Of a DNA stretch of 64,000 bases, positions 16,297-26,458 are shown one piece after another. The stretch is from assembly GCA_022750115.1 (NCBI GenBank), contig JAKIWI010000004.1, forward strand, positions 97,939 through 161,938, in the 5' to 3' direction. Within the stretch, counting starts at the first letter, position 1. Each line of letters begins with the position of its first letter. The DNA comes from Thermoplasmata archaeon. GTDB lineage: Archaea > Thermoplasmatota > Thermoplasmata > Lutacidiplasmatales > UBA184. The notes beneath the pieces are model-generated. The model saw only the letters and a list, made by a program, of their open reading frames with translations. It had not been told where the DNA came from and made no database searches. Position numbers and translations under genes: made by a program.

Positions 16297-16353
16297 ACGC
16301 GGACCGCCGTCGCTGGCGCGCGGAGCCGCGGGAAACGGTTCGGCCGAGCGTCG

Positions 16354-17061
16354 CTACGGAACGAACGGGTGCGCCGAGGCGTCCCGGCGGCGCTGGTCTT
16401 CGGCCCCGACCAGACGGTTCGCGTGCGCGATCTTCTGGACCGCCGCGTGGAAGGCGTCGAGGTGGTCGCCGCGGACCCCGACGAGCATCCGGTCGTCGGC
16501 CATCTGGGTGAAGACGCGCGAGCCGATGCAGCCCATCGACACCGCGACGTTCGCCCCCTGATTGAGGGTGGGAACGACCGCGCACATCGGGCGGCCGTTC
16601 ATCGGGACCGGGCCGGCGACCGTCTCCATCGCCAGCATCGCCGAGCGCGGCTTCGCGAAGAACAGCACGTTGGTCGGCGGCATCGGGAGCGACCCGAGCG
16701 GGCCGTAGGCGACGAACTTCGGCGCGGTGGCGTTGCGAGGGATCTTCCCTTCCTCGCCGGGCCTCAGATACCCCTCCTTCTGCATCATCCCGACCGTGGC
16801 CATCAGGCGCTGGCCGAGCTCGCCTTCGGGGGCGGCCCCGAGGACGAACGCGCCGATCTCGCAGGCCTCGTGGGCGGGGAGCGCTGCGTAGAAGGCGTGC
16901 TTTTGTCCCTCGGCGAAGAACGTGCAGACCGAGGGGACCCCGCCCGGGTGCTCGGGGACCCCCTTCGGCGCCGCGTCCAGGTAGGTCACTTGGACGGGCG
17001 CATGGTCGAGCTCGAGGTCCTTCGATAGGTCGCTCGCGATCTGGCGGAGGTGGTCGGTCAT
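16354..17061 (-). CDS. DUF169-family protein
   Basis: 235-aa product; ATG at 17061 preferred over the upstream GTG (17085) because a TATA-like box sits ~30 bp upstream. Confidence 0.55.
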   Translation of the reverse strand: MTDHLRQIASDLSKDLELDHAPVQVTYLDAAPKGVPEHPGGVPSVCTFFAEGQKHAFYAALPAHEACEIGAFVLGAAPEGELGQRLMATVGMMQKEGYLRPGEEGKIPRNATAPKFVAYGPLGSLPMPPTNVLFFAKPRSAMLAMETVAGPVPMNGRPMCAVVPTLNQGANVAVSMGCIGSRVFTQMADDRMLVGVRGDHLDAFHAAVQKIAHANRLVGAEDQRRRDASAHPFVP

Positions 17062-17209
17062 GGACTGCGGGTTCCCCCACTCCACGATGGGTAAATACGG
17101 TTTCCAAATGGAAAGCGTCCGAGTGCGGCCCCCGCGGTCAGGCCGTGGTCTAGGCTCCGCGCCCCGTCGAAGGTGGGGTGCCGCCGTCCATCGTCGGCGT
17201 CGTCGCAGG

Positions 17210-17224
17210 CTTCGTGTTAAATAG
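17210..17224 (+). promoter_or_regulatory. TATA box of the atpK-E-C operon
   Basis: 'gtgTTAAATAGGgg' ~35 bp upstream of the atpK ATG. Confidence 0.45.
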
Positions 17225-17255
17225 GGGTCGTTTTTGCGCGCCCCGGGACATCCAC

Positions 17256-17474
17256 ATGGTAGACCCGTACGCGACCCTCGCGGCTGGAATTGCGATTGCC
17301 GGGGGCCTCATCGGGACGGGAATGGCCCAGTCCGGGATCGGCGCCGCCGGTATGGGCATCATCGCCGAGAAGCCGGAGAAGTTCGGGAACGTGCTGTTCT
17401 TCTTCGTCATTCCTGAGACGCTCTGGATCATCGGGTTCGTGCTGGGCATCGTTCTCCTGCTGGGCGTCATCTAG
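17256..17474 (+). CDS. atpK: A-type ATP synthase subunit K (proteolipid c)
   Basis: 'GAAGMGIIAEKPEKFGNVLFFFVIPETLWIIGFVLGIVLL' two-helix proteolipid; ATG at 17256 with a TATA-like box ~35 bp upstream. Confidence 0.85.
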   Translation: MVDPYATLAAGIAIAGGLIGTGMAQSGIGAAGMGIIAEKPEKFGNVLFFFVIPETLWIIGFVLGIVLLLGVI

Positions 17475-17498
17475 ACCGCTCGGCTCGGCCCCCCTACC

Positions 17499-18053
17499 AT
17501 GACCCTGGACCGCCTCGTCGAGGAAATCCGACTCCGCGCCGAGGAGGAGCTCCGCACCCAGTCGGCCCGGCAGGCGGCCGAGGAGTCCGCGGTGGCGGCC
17601 GACCGCGACGCGCGGGTCGCCGCGGTCCGGGAGCAGACGCAGCGCGACTCCGAGCGGGAGATCGCGCAGGAGCGCGCCCACCGGCTCGCCAGCGCGAAGC
17701 TGCAGGCGCGGAAGCTCGTCTACGAGGCCGACGAAGCCCGCATGTCCGCGGCCCTCGCCGAGACCCGGGAACTTCTCTCCGATTACACGGAGTCGGACGA
17801 GTACCCGAAGGTGCTCAAGCGGATGGTCACCTACGCCACGGGCGTGCTCGGCAAGGCGACCCGCGTGATGGGCCGCACCGAAGACGCCGCCGCCCTGAAG
17901 AAGCTCGCCGGCGCCGCCTTCGACCCGACTCCGCAGGCGATCCTCGGGGGCGTCGTGGCGGAGAGCGCGGACGGGGCGCGTCGGCTGAACCTCTCCTTCG
18001 ACGAGCTGCTCCGGTTGCGCGAGGACCGGGTCCGCCAGCTGCTCAGCTCGTAG
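17499..18053 (+). CDS. atpE: A-type ATP synthase subunit E
   Basis: 184-aa coiled-coil N-term plus globular C-term; position between K and C. Confidence 0.8.
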   Translation: MTLDRLVEEIRLRAEEELRTQSARQAAEESAVAADRDARVAAVREQTQRDSEREIAQERAHRLASAKLQARKLVYEADEARMSAALAETRELLSDYTESDEYPKVLKRMVTYATGVLGKATRVMGRTEDAAALKKLAGAAFDPTPQAILGGVVAESADGARRLNLSFDELLRLREDRVRQLLSS

Positions 18054-18065
18054 GCGCGTGCGGTC

Positions 18066-19142
18066 GTGGCCGGTTCCCCCTACGCGAGCGCCCTCGGCCG
18101 GCTGAAGTCGCACCTGCCGTCGATCCTCCCGAAGGAGTCGTACGGGCCGCTCGTCGCGGCGAAGGACCTCGTCGAGGTCACGAAGCTACTCGAGACGACC
18201 CCGTACGGCCCCGAGATCGCCCAGTCGGCCGCGAGCTACCACGGGGCCCCGCTGCTCGAGCTGGCCGTCAACCGCGTGCTGGTCCTACGGAACCGGCTCG
18301 CCTACGAGTCGACCCCGTTCGCCGGACGCGCGCTGGTCGGCGCGTACCTGCGGCGGTGGGATCTCCAGAACATCGGCATCATCCTCGCGGCGAAGGCGCA
18401 GGGCCGCCCGATCGGGGAGACCGAGACGGCGCTCGTGTCGGCCCGGGACATCCCGGCCGGCCTCGTCGCCGGGACGATGACGCTCGACGACCTGCGGCTC
18501 CTCCTCCAGCAGCCGACGCTCGATGCGGTCGCACAGGGGCTCGTGAAGTTCGGCTACGGCGGGGCGCTCCTGCCGAGGATGGAGGCGTACAACCGGACGC
18601 ACGACATCTTCCCGCTCCTCGCGGCGCTCGACCGGTTCTACTACGAGGACCTGCTGAGTTCGGCCCGGTTCTACCAGGGCGACGAGTGGGTCGTCCGGCT
18701 GCTCATCCAGAGCGAGATCGACGTGCGGAACGCGCTCCTCCTGCTGAAGGGGAAGGACGCGGGCCTCGCGGTCGAGACCGTCCTCGAGCGGTTCATCGAC
18801 GGGGGGACGTTCCTTCGCGCGAGCGTTGCCGAGGCCTACGGCGGGCGCACCGTGGGCGAAGTTGTCGCGGCGCTCGAGCCGAGGTTCCCGGCGCTTCCAG
18901 AGGGCGACGAACTGTACAAAACCGGCCGCAGCCTCGCGGGCTACGAGGCGGCGCTCGTCCGCGAGCGCGCGGTTCGCGAGCTGAAGCGGCTCCGCGCTTA
19001 CCCGCTCAGCGTCGGCGTCGTGTTCGCGTTCCTGCTCCTCGCCGAGTTCGAGCGGGGCGACCTGCGGCGCCTCGTCTACGGGAAACTGTACCTCGTGGCG
19101 CCCGCGGATATCCAGCGCGAACTCGTCGTCCCGAGGCTCTGA
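18066..19142 (+). CDS. atpC: A-type ATP synthase subunit C
   Basis: 358 aa, alpha-helical; follows atpE. Confidence 0.8.
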   Translation: MAGSPYASALGRLKSHLPSILPKESYGPLVAAKDLVEVTKLLETTPYGPEIAQSAASYHGAPLLELAVNRVLVLRNRLAYESTPFAGRALVGAYLRRWDLQNIGIILAAKAQGRPIGETETALVSARDIPAGLVAGTMTLDDLRLLLQQPTLDAVAQGLVKFGYGGALLPRMEAYNRTHDIFPLLAALDRFYYEDLLSSARFYQGDEWVVRLLIQSEIDVRNALLLLKGKDAGLAVETVLERFIDGGTFLRASVAEAYGGRTVGEVVAALEPRFPALPEGDELYKTGRSLAGYEAALVRERAVRELKRLRAYPLSVGVVFAFLLLAEFERGDLRRLVYGKLYLVAPADIQRELVVPRL

Positions 19143-19154
19143 ACCGGTCTCGGA

Positions 19155-19185
19155 CCCGCCCGTCCTACGGGGACGGAGGGGCGGG
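19155..19185. terminator. GC-rich imperfect hairpin between the convergent atpC and atpI 3' ends
   Basis: 'cccgcccgtcc tacgg ggacggaggggcggg' inverted repeat; no oligo-T tract, so function is uncertain. Confidence 0.2.
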
Positions 19186-21198
19186 CCGGTAGAGCGGCGC
19201 GGTGTAGACCCGTCGGGTCTTGAGCGGGTGGAACTCCTTGCCGTTCCCCTCGTAGAACTTCGAGAAGTACTCCACGAAGATCAGCCGCGCCCCTTGGATC
19301 CCGGGCTCGAAGACGCCGAGCACGAGGTTGAACACCTGGCCGACGACGAGAATGACCAGGCCGAGGACGATGAACAGGACCGCCTTCAGGGCGACCTCCG
19401 CCGAGCCGCCCGCGATCATCCCGGCGCTTCCCCCGATGAGCCCGGAGTGGCCGTCCGGGCCGATCGTGACCGTGTTGATCACGGTCGCGAGGATGATCGA
19501 GGCGAGCAGGATGCCGATGAGCCGCGTGTAGGACAGCACGTGGCTCAGCATCTCCATCACGCCCATCAGCCCGTTCTGGGCGCCCTCGCCGAAGGCGACG
19601 AGGAGCGCCCCGACGACGATGAGCGCCACCGGCCCGAGGAACGAGATCGACGTCGGCCCGCCCTGGGTGTGGGCGAGGAGGCCGAGGCCGAAGGCGGCGA
19701 GCCCAATGGTCGCGACGATGCCCCCGACCTTGGCGAGCGCGTGGCGGATCCGGTGGTGGAAGTACTCCTTCAGCGCGCCGAGTGCGAAGCCGAAGACGAC
19801 CATCCCGATGCCGATGAAGCCGGCGACCTTCAGGTAGGGCCCGACGTGGTGGAGCGGGTCGATCGGGGAGTTGTACCCGGGGATCACTTGCGCGCCGAAG
19901 AACGAGTTGAAGGTGAGCCCGAGGCCGATGGCGATGATGCAGCCGGGGACGAGCGCGTAGGCGAGTGAGCGCATCCCGGCGGGGCTCACGATGCTTGTGA
20001 GGAACTTTTTCAGCCCTTTCGGGAGGTGCGTGCGGCCCGGGAATCCCTGGATCATCCACAGGCAGATCCCGAGGATGACGAGCCCGTAGCCCCAGTCGGC
20101 GAGCATGAGGCCGTAGAAGATCGGGAAGACGAACGCGAACACCCACGTCGGGTCGAACTCGCTGGCTTGGGGCAGCGAGTAGAACCGGACGAGGAACTCG
20201 AAGCGCCGCACCCCGTGCGGGTTCTCGATGAACGTCGGTGGCTCCTCGGTCGTCGTGACGGGATAGAGCTCGGCGCGGTGCTGCACCGAGGTCTCGAGCG
20301 CGGAGCGGAGGGCGGGGAGCTCGCGCTTCGGGACCCAACCCTGGAGGACGAAGCCCCGGTCGCTCGAGCCGAGCCGGGTGTAGACGTCGAACTTCCGATT
20401 CTCGATCTCGAGCGCCTCGGTGAGCGCGGCCACGCGGGAGTACCATTCGGCCGAGATCGCGCTGAGGCGCGTGGCGATCTCGGACTTCCGGCGGTCGATC
20501 TCGGTCTGCCGGGCCACGAGTCGGGGGAGCTCCTCGGCGGAGGTCCCGGCGACACCCGAGGGTACGCCGAACAGTTGGATGCGGTGGACGGCGGCGGTCC
20601 GGGTGACCGCCTCGGCGTCGGCCGCGGGGATCGCGAACAGGAACCGGACCCGGTCGTCCTCGATCGGCCGCATCTCGACCTGGATCGTTCGGGTCGCGGG
20701 GAGCTGCTCCTTCCACTTTGCGACGTCCTCCGAGTCGCCCTCGCCGAACAGCGCGATGCCGTTGCGGGCACGCAGTTCGTCGTAACGCCCGGTGTACTGG
20801 GAGAACTGCTGCAGGAGCATGACGGTCTGCTCGAGCCCCCGGCGCTCGGTCGTGAGCTGGTCGTCTTCCCGCTTGAGCTGCCCGACCTCCTCGTCGATGG
20901 GGATCGTTTCGGTCGCGCGGAGGATCTGGTCGAGTCCCTCGAACCGGACCGGGGCCGGCGGCGCCCCGCCGGGCTTCGGCAGAGCGGCGAGCAGGCCGCG
21001 GAAGCGGACGAGCCGGTCGGCGACCTCGCGCTGGCGCTCGTTCATTTTGCCCGGTCCAATCTGGGCCAGCGACTCCTTGTCGACGGGCTCGACTTGGAGC
21101 GTGCCGAGGTCGTGGAGGACGGAGAGGATCGTGTCCTTGTCGTCGTTCAGCCCGACGATCGCGATCTTCGAGAACGGAATGGGGCGCAGGAACGGCAC
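19165..21198 (-). CDS. atpI: A-type ATP synthase subunit I (membrane a-subunit)
   Basis: 677 aa; soluble N-terminal coiled coil plus C-terminal polytopic membrane domain. Confidence 0.85.
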   Translation of the reverse strand: MPFLRPIPFSKIAIVGLNDDKDTILSVLHDLGTLQVEPVDKESLAQIGPGKMNERQREVADRLVRFRGLLAALPKPGGAPPAPVRFEGLDQILRATETIPIDEEVGQLKREDDQLTTERRGLEQTVMLLQQFSQYTGRYDELRARNGIALFGEGDSEDVAKWKEQLPATRTIQVEMRPIEDDRVRFLFAIPAADAEAVTRTAAVHRIQLFGVPSGVAGTSAEELPRLVARQTEIDRRKSEIATRLSAISAEWYSRVAALTEALEIENRKFDVYTRLGSSDRGFVLQGWVPKRELPALRSALETSVQHRAELYPVTTTEEPPTFIENPHGVRRFEFLVRFYSLPQASEFDPTWVFAFVFPIFYGLMLADWGYGLVILGICLWMIQGFPGRTHLPKGLKKFLTSIVSPAGMRSLAYALVPGCIIAIGLGLTFNSFFGAQVIPGYNSPIDPLHHVGPYLKVAGFIGIGMVVFGFALGALKEYFHHRIRHALAKVGGIVATIGLAAFGLGLLAHTQGGPTSISFLGPVALIVVGALLVAFGEGAQNGLMGVMEMLSHVLSYTRLIGILLASIILATVINTVTIGPDGHSGLIGGSAGMIAGGSAEVALKAVLFIVLGLVILVVGQVFNLVLGVFEPGIQGARLIFVEYFSKFYEGNGKEFHPLKTRRVYTAPLYRPAPPSP

Positions 21199-21212
21199 GC
21201 GAACGCCCCCGG

Positions 21213-21575
21213 TCAGTCCGAGCGGAACTCGCCCACGACGGCGTCGACCAGCTTCGACTTGAGCGCCCCGACTGCCACCTTGGAGCCGCCGGCGACCTTC
21301 TTGGCCTCGGTCTCGCCGGCCTTGACCAGCGAGGCGACCTCGGTGTCGAGCCCGATGCGCGCGGCCTCGACGGCCATGGCCGCCGTTCGCTCCGCCTCGG
21401 CCCTCGCCTGACGGACCGTCTCCTCGGCCTCGGCGCGCGCCGCCTTCAGTCGCTCGCTTCCGGCGGTGGTCGCGACCCTCAGCTTCTCTTCGACCTCGAC
21501 CTCGGTCGCCTTCAGGCGCCGCAGGGCCTCGATCGATTCTCCACTGATGGGACCTGGGTTCGGTGCGTCGGACAT
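21213..21575 (-). CDS. atpH: A-type ATP synthase subunit H (peripheral stalk)
   Basis: 120 aa, Ala/Glu-rich coiled coil; sits between atpD and atpI. Confidence 0.65.
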   Translation of the reverse strand: MSDAPNPGPISGESIEALRRLKATEVEVEEKLRVATTAGSERLKAARAEAEETVRQARAEAERTAAMAVEAARIGLDTEVASLVKAGETEAKKVAGGSKVAVGALKSKLVDAVVGEFRSD

Positions 21576-21693
21576 CGGTTACGCTCCCTTCACGAAGTGC
21601 AGGACCAGGTAGCCGGCGAGCAGGAGGACCGCGAGCCGCAGGACGAGGGAAAGCATCTGGACGCGGCGGAACTTGACGACCGCCGGGTTCGCA

Positions 21694-22344
21694 CTACGCC
21701 AGGGCAGCATTGCCGGCCGCCTCCTCGGCTTCCATCTTCCGCTTGACCGACTTCAGCATGCTGAAGGCGTCGCGCTCGAGTTCGTCGAATCGGAACTTGA
21801 TGTAGCGCACTGTCCCCTGGAGGCGCGGGATCAGCACGTTCTCGATCGCGCTCGCGCGCCGCTTGGTCTTCTCGATCTCCCGGAGGAGGCGTCGCAGCGC
21901 GTTCTCCTTCTCGGCGATGTCGAGGACGACCTGGTAGATCCCCTGGAACTGCCCGATCGACTCCATGATCGAGGTGGGGAGGTCGAGGAGGGAGGCGGCG
22001 CCCACGACGCCGTACCCACCGGCGTCGACGCGCGGGGTCTTGACCCCCATGACGTTCTTCGTCGAGACCGTCACGGGCAGCACGTCGGGCAGGAGGACCG
22101 AGATCGACTCGAGGCGCGTCGGACCCTCCATCATGTCGGCCTGGCGGATCGAGGCGTAGCCGCGCGCGATCTTCGTCTGCAGGTCGCCCCGCAGCGCGAG
22201 CGCCTGTTTCGAGAGATTGAAGAACTCGGCGATCAGCGCCGAGCGCTTCAGCTTCAGCAGGTTGAGCCCCTTCTTCGCGAGAACGATCCGCCGCCGCGTG
22301 CGCAGCAGCTCGAGGCGGGTCGGGCGGATGTTCTCCTGAGCCAT
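21694..22344 (-). CDS. atpD: A-type ATP synthase subunit D (central stalk)
   Basis: 'MAQENIRPTRLELLRTRRRIVLAKKGLNLLKLKR' subunit D N-term. Confidence 0.85.
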   Translation of the reverse strand: MAQENIRPTRLELLRTRRRIVLAKKGLNLLKLKRSALIAEFFNLSKQALALRGDLQTKIARGYASIRQADMMEGPTRLESISVLLPDVLPVTVSTKNVMGVKTPRVDAGGYGVVGAASLLDLPTSIMESIGQFQGIYQVVLDIAEKENALRRLLREIEKTKRRASAIENVLIPRLQGTVRYIKFRFDELERDAFSMLKSVKRKMEAEEAAGNAALA

Positions 22345-22370
22345 CGCTCCGTCCTCCGCCGTCGGGTCGC

Positions 22371-23792
22371 CTAGGCCGCCGACTTGACGCGGTACTTCGC
22401 GATGAATTCGGGCTTGAGGCGCTTCAGTTCCGCGTCGGGGAGCTCGGAGAGGATGTCCCAGGCGATCGCGAGGCTCTCGTCGATCGAGCGGTCCTCGTCG
22501 GGGCGCTGGTTGACGAATTCGTTCTCGAATCGCTCGGCGATCTTCAGGTAGATCCGGTCGACGGCGCTCAGGGAGTCCTCGCCGACGATCGCCGAGAGCG
22601 CGCGCTGGTCCTTCCCGGTCGCGTAGCTCGCGTACAGCTGGTCCGCGACGCCACGGTGGTCCTCGCGCGTCCGGCCCTTGCCGATCCCCTGGTTCATCAG
22701 GCGCGAGAGTGAGGTGAGCACGTCGATGGGCGGGTAGACGCCGCGCCGCTGGAGGTCGCGGCTGGCCACGATCTGTCCCTCGGTGATGTAGCCCGTCAGG
22801 TCGGGGATCGGGTGGGTGATGTCGTCGGCCGGCATCGTCAGGATCGGAAGTTGCGTGATCGACCCCTTACGCCCGTGGATCTTCCCGGCGCGCTCGTAGA
22901 GAGTCGCGAGGTCGGTGTAGAGGTAGCCTGGATATCCGCGGCGGCCGGGCACCTCTTCCCGCGCGCTCGCGATCTCCCGGAGCGCCTCGCAGTAGTTCGT
23001 CATGTCCGTCAGCACCACGAGGATGTGCATGTCGCGCTCGTAGGCGAGGAACTCGGCGGTCGTGAGCGCCATGCGCGGCGTGATGACGCGCTCCATCGAA
23101 GGGTCGCTGGAGAGGTTCAGGAAGACGACGGTGCGCTCGAGCGCCCCCGTGGACTCGAACTCCTTGAGGAAGAAGTTCGCCTCCTCGCTCGTGATCCCCA
23201 TCGCGGCGAACACGACGGCGAAGTTTTCGGAGGAGTTGCGGAGTTTCGCCTGGCGGACGATCTGGGCCGCGATCTGATTGTGGGGAAGGCCCGCGCCGGA
23301 GAAGATCGGGAGCTTCTGTCCGCGCACGAGGGTGTTCATCACGTCGATGTTCGAGAGACCGGTCTGAATGAACTCGCTCGGCTCTTCGCGACTGTACGGG
23401 TTCATCGCGTTCCCGACGATCTCGAGCCGCTGGTCGGAGACGATCTTCGGTCCGCCGTCGCGCGGCTCGCCAAGTCCGTTGAAGACCCGACCGAGCATCG
23501 CATCCGAGACCGGGAGTCGCGCGACCTCGCCCAGGAACTTCACGCTCGTCTGGTTGACGTTCATGCCCATCGTCGGGCCGAACACCTGGACGATGGCGAG
23601 CCCCTTTCGGGAGTCGAGGACCTGCCCTTGCCGGCGCGTCCCGTCGGGGAGAGCGATCTCGACGATCTCGCCGTACGCCGCGTTCGCGACGCCCTGGACG
23701 AACAGGAGCGGCCCCGAGATCCGGTCGATCGTTCGGTAGTCGACGGGGATGTCGACGGTCGGCGCCTTGGGGGCCTGCTTCGTGCTCGCCAT
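22371..23792 (-). CDS. atpB: A-type ATP synthase subunit B
   Basis: 473 aa; non-catalytic B subunit. Confidence 0.9.
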   Translation of the reverse strand: MASTKQAPKAPTVDIPVDYRTIDRISGPLLFVQGVANAAYGEIVEIALPDGTRRQGQVLDSRKGLAIVQVFGPTMGMNVNQTSVKFLGEVARLPVSDAMLGRVFNGLGEPRDGGPKIVSDQRLEIVGNAMNPYSREEPSEFIQTGLSNIDVMNTLVRGQKLPIFSGAGLPHNQIAAQIVRQAKLRNSSENFAVVFAAMGITSEEANFFLKEFESTGALERTVVFLNLSSDPSMERVITPRMALTTAEFLAYERDMHILVVLTDMTNYCEALREIASAREEVPGRRGYPGYLYTDLATLYERAGKIHGRKGSITQLPILTMPADDITHPIPDLTGYITEGQIVASRDLQRRGVYPPIDVLTSLSRLMNQGIGKGRTREDHRGVADQLYASYATGKDQRALSAIVGEDSLSAVDRIYLKIAERFENEFVNQRPDEDRSIDESLAIAWDILSELPDAELKRLKPEFIAKYRVKSAA

Positions 23793-23796
23793 TGGC

Positions 23797-25551
23797 CTAT
23801 CCTCCCGCCGCGGTGGCGGCGACCGACGTCGTCATCTCGGTGTCCATCGCATCGAACTGCGCCTTTAGCTCGGCCTCGGGGATCCACTTCATCCGGCTGA
23901 GCTTCTGTCGGACGGGGAGCTTCTGGATGTCGCCGACCAGGGCGCCCTTCGCGATCGCTTCCTGCTCGCGGTCCCCGAAGGTGAGGATCGCCCGCAGCAT
24001 CCGGTACTGCTTGCCGATCGACGTGTAGGTGTCGACGTCGTCGTACGCCGACTGTTGTAGGTAGTCCTCGCGGATCATCCGCGAGACGTCGAGGATTCCC
24101 TTTTCGCGTTCCGGCAGCGCATCGACGCCGACGAGCTGCACGATCTCCTGGAGCTCGGACTCCTTCTGGAGCGTCTCGAGCGCTTTCTGGCGGAGCTGCA
24201 CGAAGTCGCCGGCGAGCGAATCCTTGTACCACGGGGCGAGGTCGCCGACATAGAGCGAGTAGCTTTGCAGCCAGTTGATCGCCGGGAAATGTCGGCGCGA
24301 CGCGAGGCTCGCGTCGAGCGCCCAGAAAACGCGCGTGACCCGAAGGGTGTTCTGACTGACCGGTTCGGAGAAGTCGCCACCGGGCGGGCTCACGGCTCCG
24401 ACGACGGTGACGGACCCTGGGCGCGCCTCCGGCGAGACCGTGACGACCCGACCCGCGCGCTCGTAGAACTCGGCGACCCGGCGTCCGAGGTAGGCGGGGT
24501 ACCCTTCCTCCCCCGGCATCTCCTCCAGTCGGCCGGAGATCTCCCGCATCGCCTCGGCCCATCGGCTGGTCGAGTCGGCCATCAGGGCGACGTCGTAGCC
24601 CATGTCCCGATAGTACTCCGCGAGCGTGATGCCCGTGTAGACGCTCGCCTCGCGGGCGGCGACGGGCATGTTCGAGGTGTTGGCGATGAGGATCGTCCGC
24701 TCCATGAGCGGCCGCCCCGACTTCGGGTCTTGGAGGTTCGGGAACGTCGCGAGCACCTCGGTCATCTCGTTCCCGCGCTCCCCACAGCCGACGTACACGA
24801 CCACGTCCGCATCGGACCATTTCGCGAGCTGCTGCTGACAGACCGTTTTCCCGGATCCGAAGGGTCCGGGGATGCACGCGGTGCCGCCCTTGGCGATCGG
24901 GAAAAACGTATCGATGACGCGCTGGCCGGTGACCAGGGGAATGCCCGGCGCGAGCTTCTGCTGAACCGGGCGCGGAATCCGGACGACCCACTTTTGGGAG
25001 AGTCCGAGGGGCTGCCGGCCCGAGGGCGTTCGGACAGTTCCAATCGTCTCGCGGATCGTGAAGCTGCCGGCCTTCAGGTCTTCGAGGGTGCCCGAGATCC
25101 CGTGCGGGACCATGATCTTGTGAAGGATGAGCGGCGTCTCCTGGACCGTCCCGAGGATGGCTCCCGGCGTGACCTCGCTCCCGACCTTCGCGGTCGGGGT
25201 GAACTCCCATTTCTTCGTCTCGTCGAGGGGCGCGGCGACGAAGCCACGCGTGATAAAGTCGCCGAGATTCTTCTGCAGGACGTCGAGCGGGCGCTGGACC
25301 CCGTCGTAGATCGACTTGAGCAGGCCGGGGCCGAGCTCGACCGACAGTGCCTGGCCGGTGCTCTCGACCTTATCGCCGGGCCGGACGCCGGTGGTGTCCT
25401 CGTAGACCTGGACCGTCGCGGTCTCGCCGACGAGCCGGATGATCTCGCCGACCAGCCCGAGTTCGCCAACGCGGACGACGTCGAACATCTTGGCGCCGGT
25501 GAGGCCTTCGGCGACGACGACCGGACCGGAGACTCGTGCGACTGTTCCCAT
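23797..25551 (-). CDS. atpA: A-type ATP synthase catalytic subunit A
   Basis: 584 aa; 'GPFGSGKT' Walker A; A-subunit non-homologous insert. Confidence 0.9.
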   Translation of the reverse strand: MGTVARVSGPVVVAEGLTGAKMFDVVRVGELGLVGEIIRLVGETATVQVYEDTTGVRPGDKVESTGQALSVELGPGLLKSIYDGVQRPLDVLQKNLGDFITRGFVAAPLDETKKWEFTPTAKVGSEVTPGAILGTVQETPLILHKIMVPHGISGTLEDLKAGSFTIRETIGTVRTPSGRQPLGLSQKWVVRIPRPVQQKLAPGIPLVTGQRVIDTFFPIAKGGTACIPGPFGSGKTVCQQQLAKWSDADVVVYVGCGERGNEMTEVLATFPNLQDPKSGRPLMERTILIANTSNMPVAAREASVYTGITLAEYYRDMGYDVALMADSTSRWAEAMREISGRLEEMPGEEGYPAYLGRRVAEFYERAGRVVTVSPEARPGSVTVVGAVSPPGGDFSEPVSQNTLRVTRVFWALDASLASRRHFPAINWLQSYSLYVGDLAPWYKDSLAGDFVQLRQKALETLQKESELQEIVQLVGVDALPEREKGILDVSRMIREDYLQQSAYDDVDTYTSIGKQYRMLRAILTFGDREQEAIAKGALVGDIQKLPVRQKLSRMKWIPEAELKAQFDAMDTEMTTSVAATAAGG

Positions 25552-25558
25552 GGATTCC

Positions 25559-25897
25559 TCACTTCGGCATCGCGAGCGTCACACCGAGGACGCGCTTCGC
25601 GAGGGCTTCGACGCTCTCGACCTCGTACTCCCCGCTCGGCCCGGGGACGAAGACCACGAGCGGCGTCAGCGACGCCTCCGCCGCGGAGCGCTGCGCGTCG
25701 GTCAGCGACTTGCGGACCGACTGGCTCGCGACCACGAGGCTGAACCGACCGGACGTCATCGCCTTCTGGAATTCGTGACCGGCAGTCTCGGGCGTGACTT
25801 CCACGACGTCTTTCATGCCGATCAGTCGGAAGCCGATCGCAAGCTCCCGCTCGCCCAGGACCACGGTTCCACCGTCGTCCGGCGACCCTCCCGGCAT
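25559..25897 (-). CDS. atpF: A-type ATP synthase subunit F
   Basis: 112 aa; first gene of the F-A-B-D-H-I operon; TATA ~28 bp upstream. Confidence 0.8.
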   Translation of the reverse strand: MPGGSPDDGGTVVLGERELAIGFRLIGMKDVVEVTPETAGHEFQKAMTSGRFSLVVASQSVRKSLTDAQRSAAEASLTPLVVFVPGPSGEYEVESVEALAKRVLGVTLAMPK

Positions 25898-25918
25898 GGC
25901 GGCCCGGGCGGGGTCTCG

Positions 25919-25933
25919 GCCTATTTAACGGCT
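25919..25933 (-). promoter_or_regulatory. TATA box/BRE of the atpF-A-B-D-H-I operon
   Basis: Minus strand reads 'gccgTTAAATAGgcc' ~28 bp upstream of the atpF ATG (25897), consistent with a leaderless transcript. Confidence 0.5.
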
Positions 25934-26000
25934 CCCCCGGCGACAGCGCGCGAACGCGATTCTCCGTCGGCCGGGCGGCCGATTTGGCGCTTCGTCCGCG

Positions 26001-26279
26001 CTACTTGTACGTCGAAGTGTGGACGTGGCCCTCGTCGTCCGTGATCGTGATGCACTCGCCTTCGCACTCGAACAGGCAGGCCTCGCACACGATGCACTCG
26101 GGACCGTTCACGGCGATCGACTTCTCGCCGCGGAACTGGAACTTCGCTCCGATCGCCGCGTCGTCCACGACCTCGGGAAACTGGTCGCGGGGCTTCAGCT
26201 CAAACACGTTCACTGGGCAGACGTCACGGCAGTGCGCGCAGCCCGTACACTTCCCGAGATCGATGTCTACCTGGACCAT
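26001..26279 (-). CDS. 2x[4Fe-4S] ferredoxin
   Basis: 'CTGCAHCRDVCP' and 'CIVCEACLFEC' clusters; 92 aa. Confidence 0.8.
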   Translation of the reverse strand: MVQVDIDLGKCTGCAHCRDVCPVNVFELKPRDQFPEVVDDAAIGAKFQFRGEKSIAVNGPECIVCEACLFECEGECITITDDEGHVHTSTYK

Positions 26280-26377
26280 GCCCGATTCCGCCGGGCGGTT
26301 TCACGCGGTCCATCGTATTTGACCTTTCGGTCGGAAATTACGGGCGCGTCGGAATTGCGCCGCTCGGGGCATCCCCG

Positions 26378-26393
26378 CTCCGTGCGCACGGAG
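26378..26393. promoter_or_regulatory. 16-bp perfect palindrome CTCCGTGCGCACGGAG in the ferredoxin/DUF72 divergent intergenic region
   Basis: Self-complementary by inspection; lies ~35 bp upstream of the DUF72 TATA-like 'cctatttca' and ~100 bp upstream of the ferredoxin start. Confidence 0.35.
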
Positions 26394-26458
26394 GAGGCGG
26401 AACGCCCACGATTCACCGGGCACGTGCCTATTTCATCCCCGCTCGGCGTCGCCCGATC

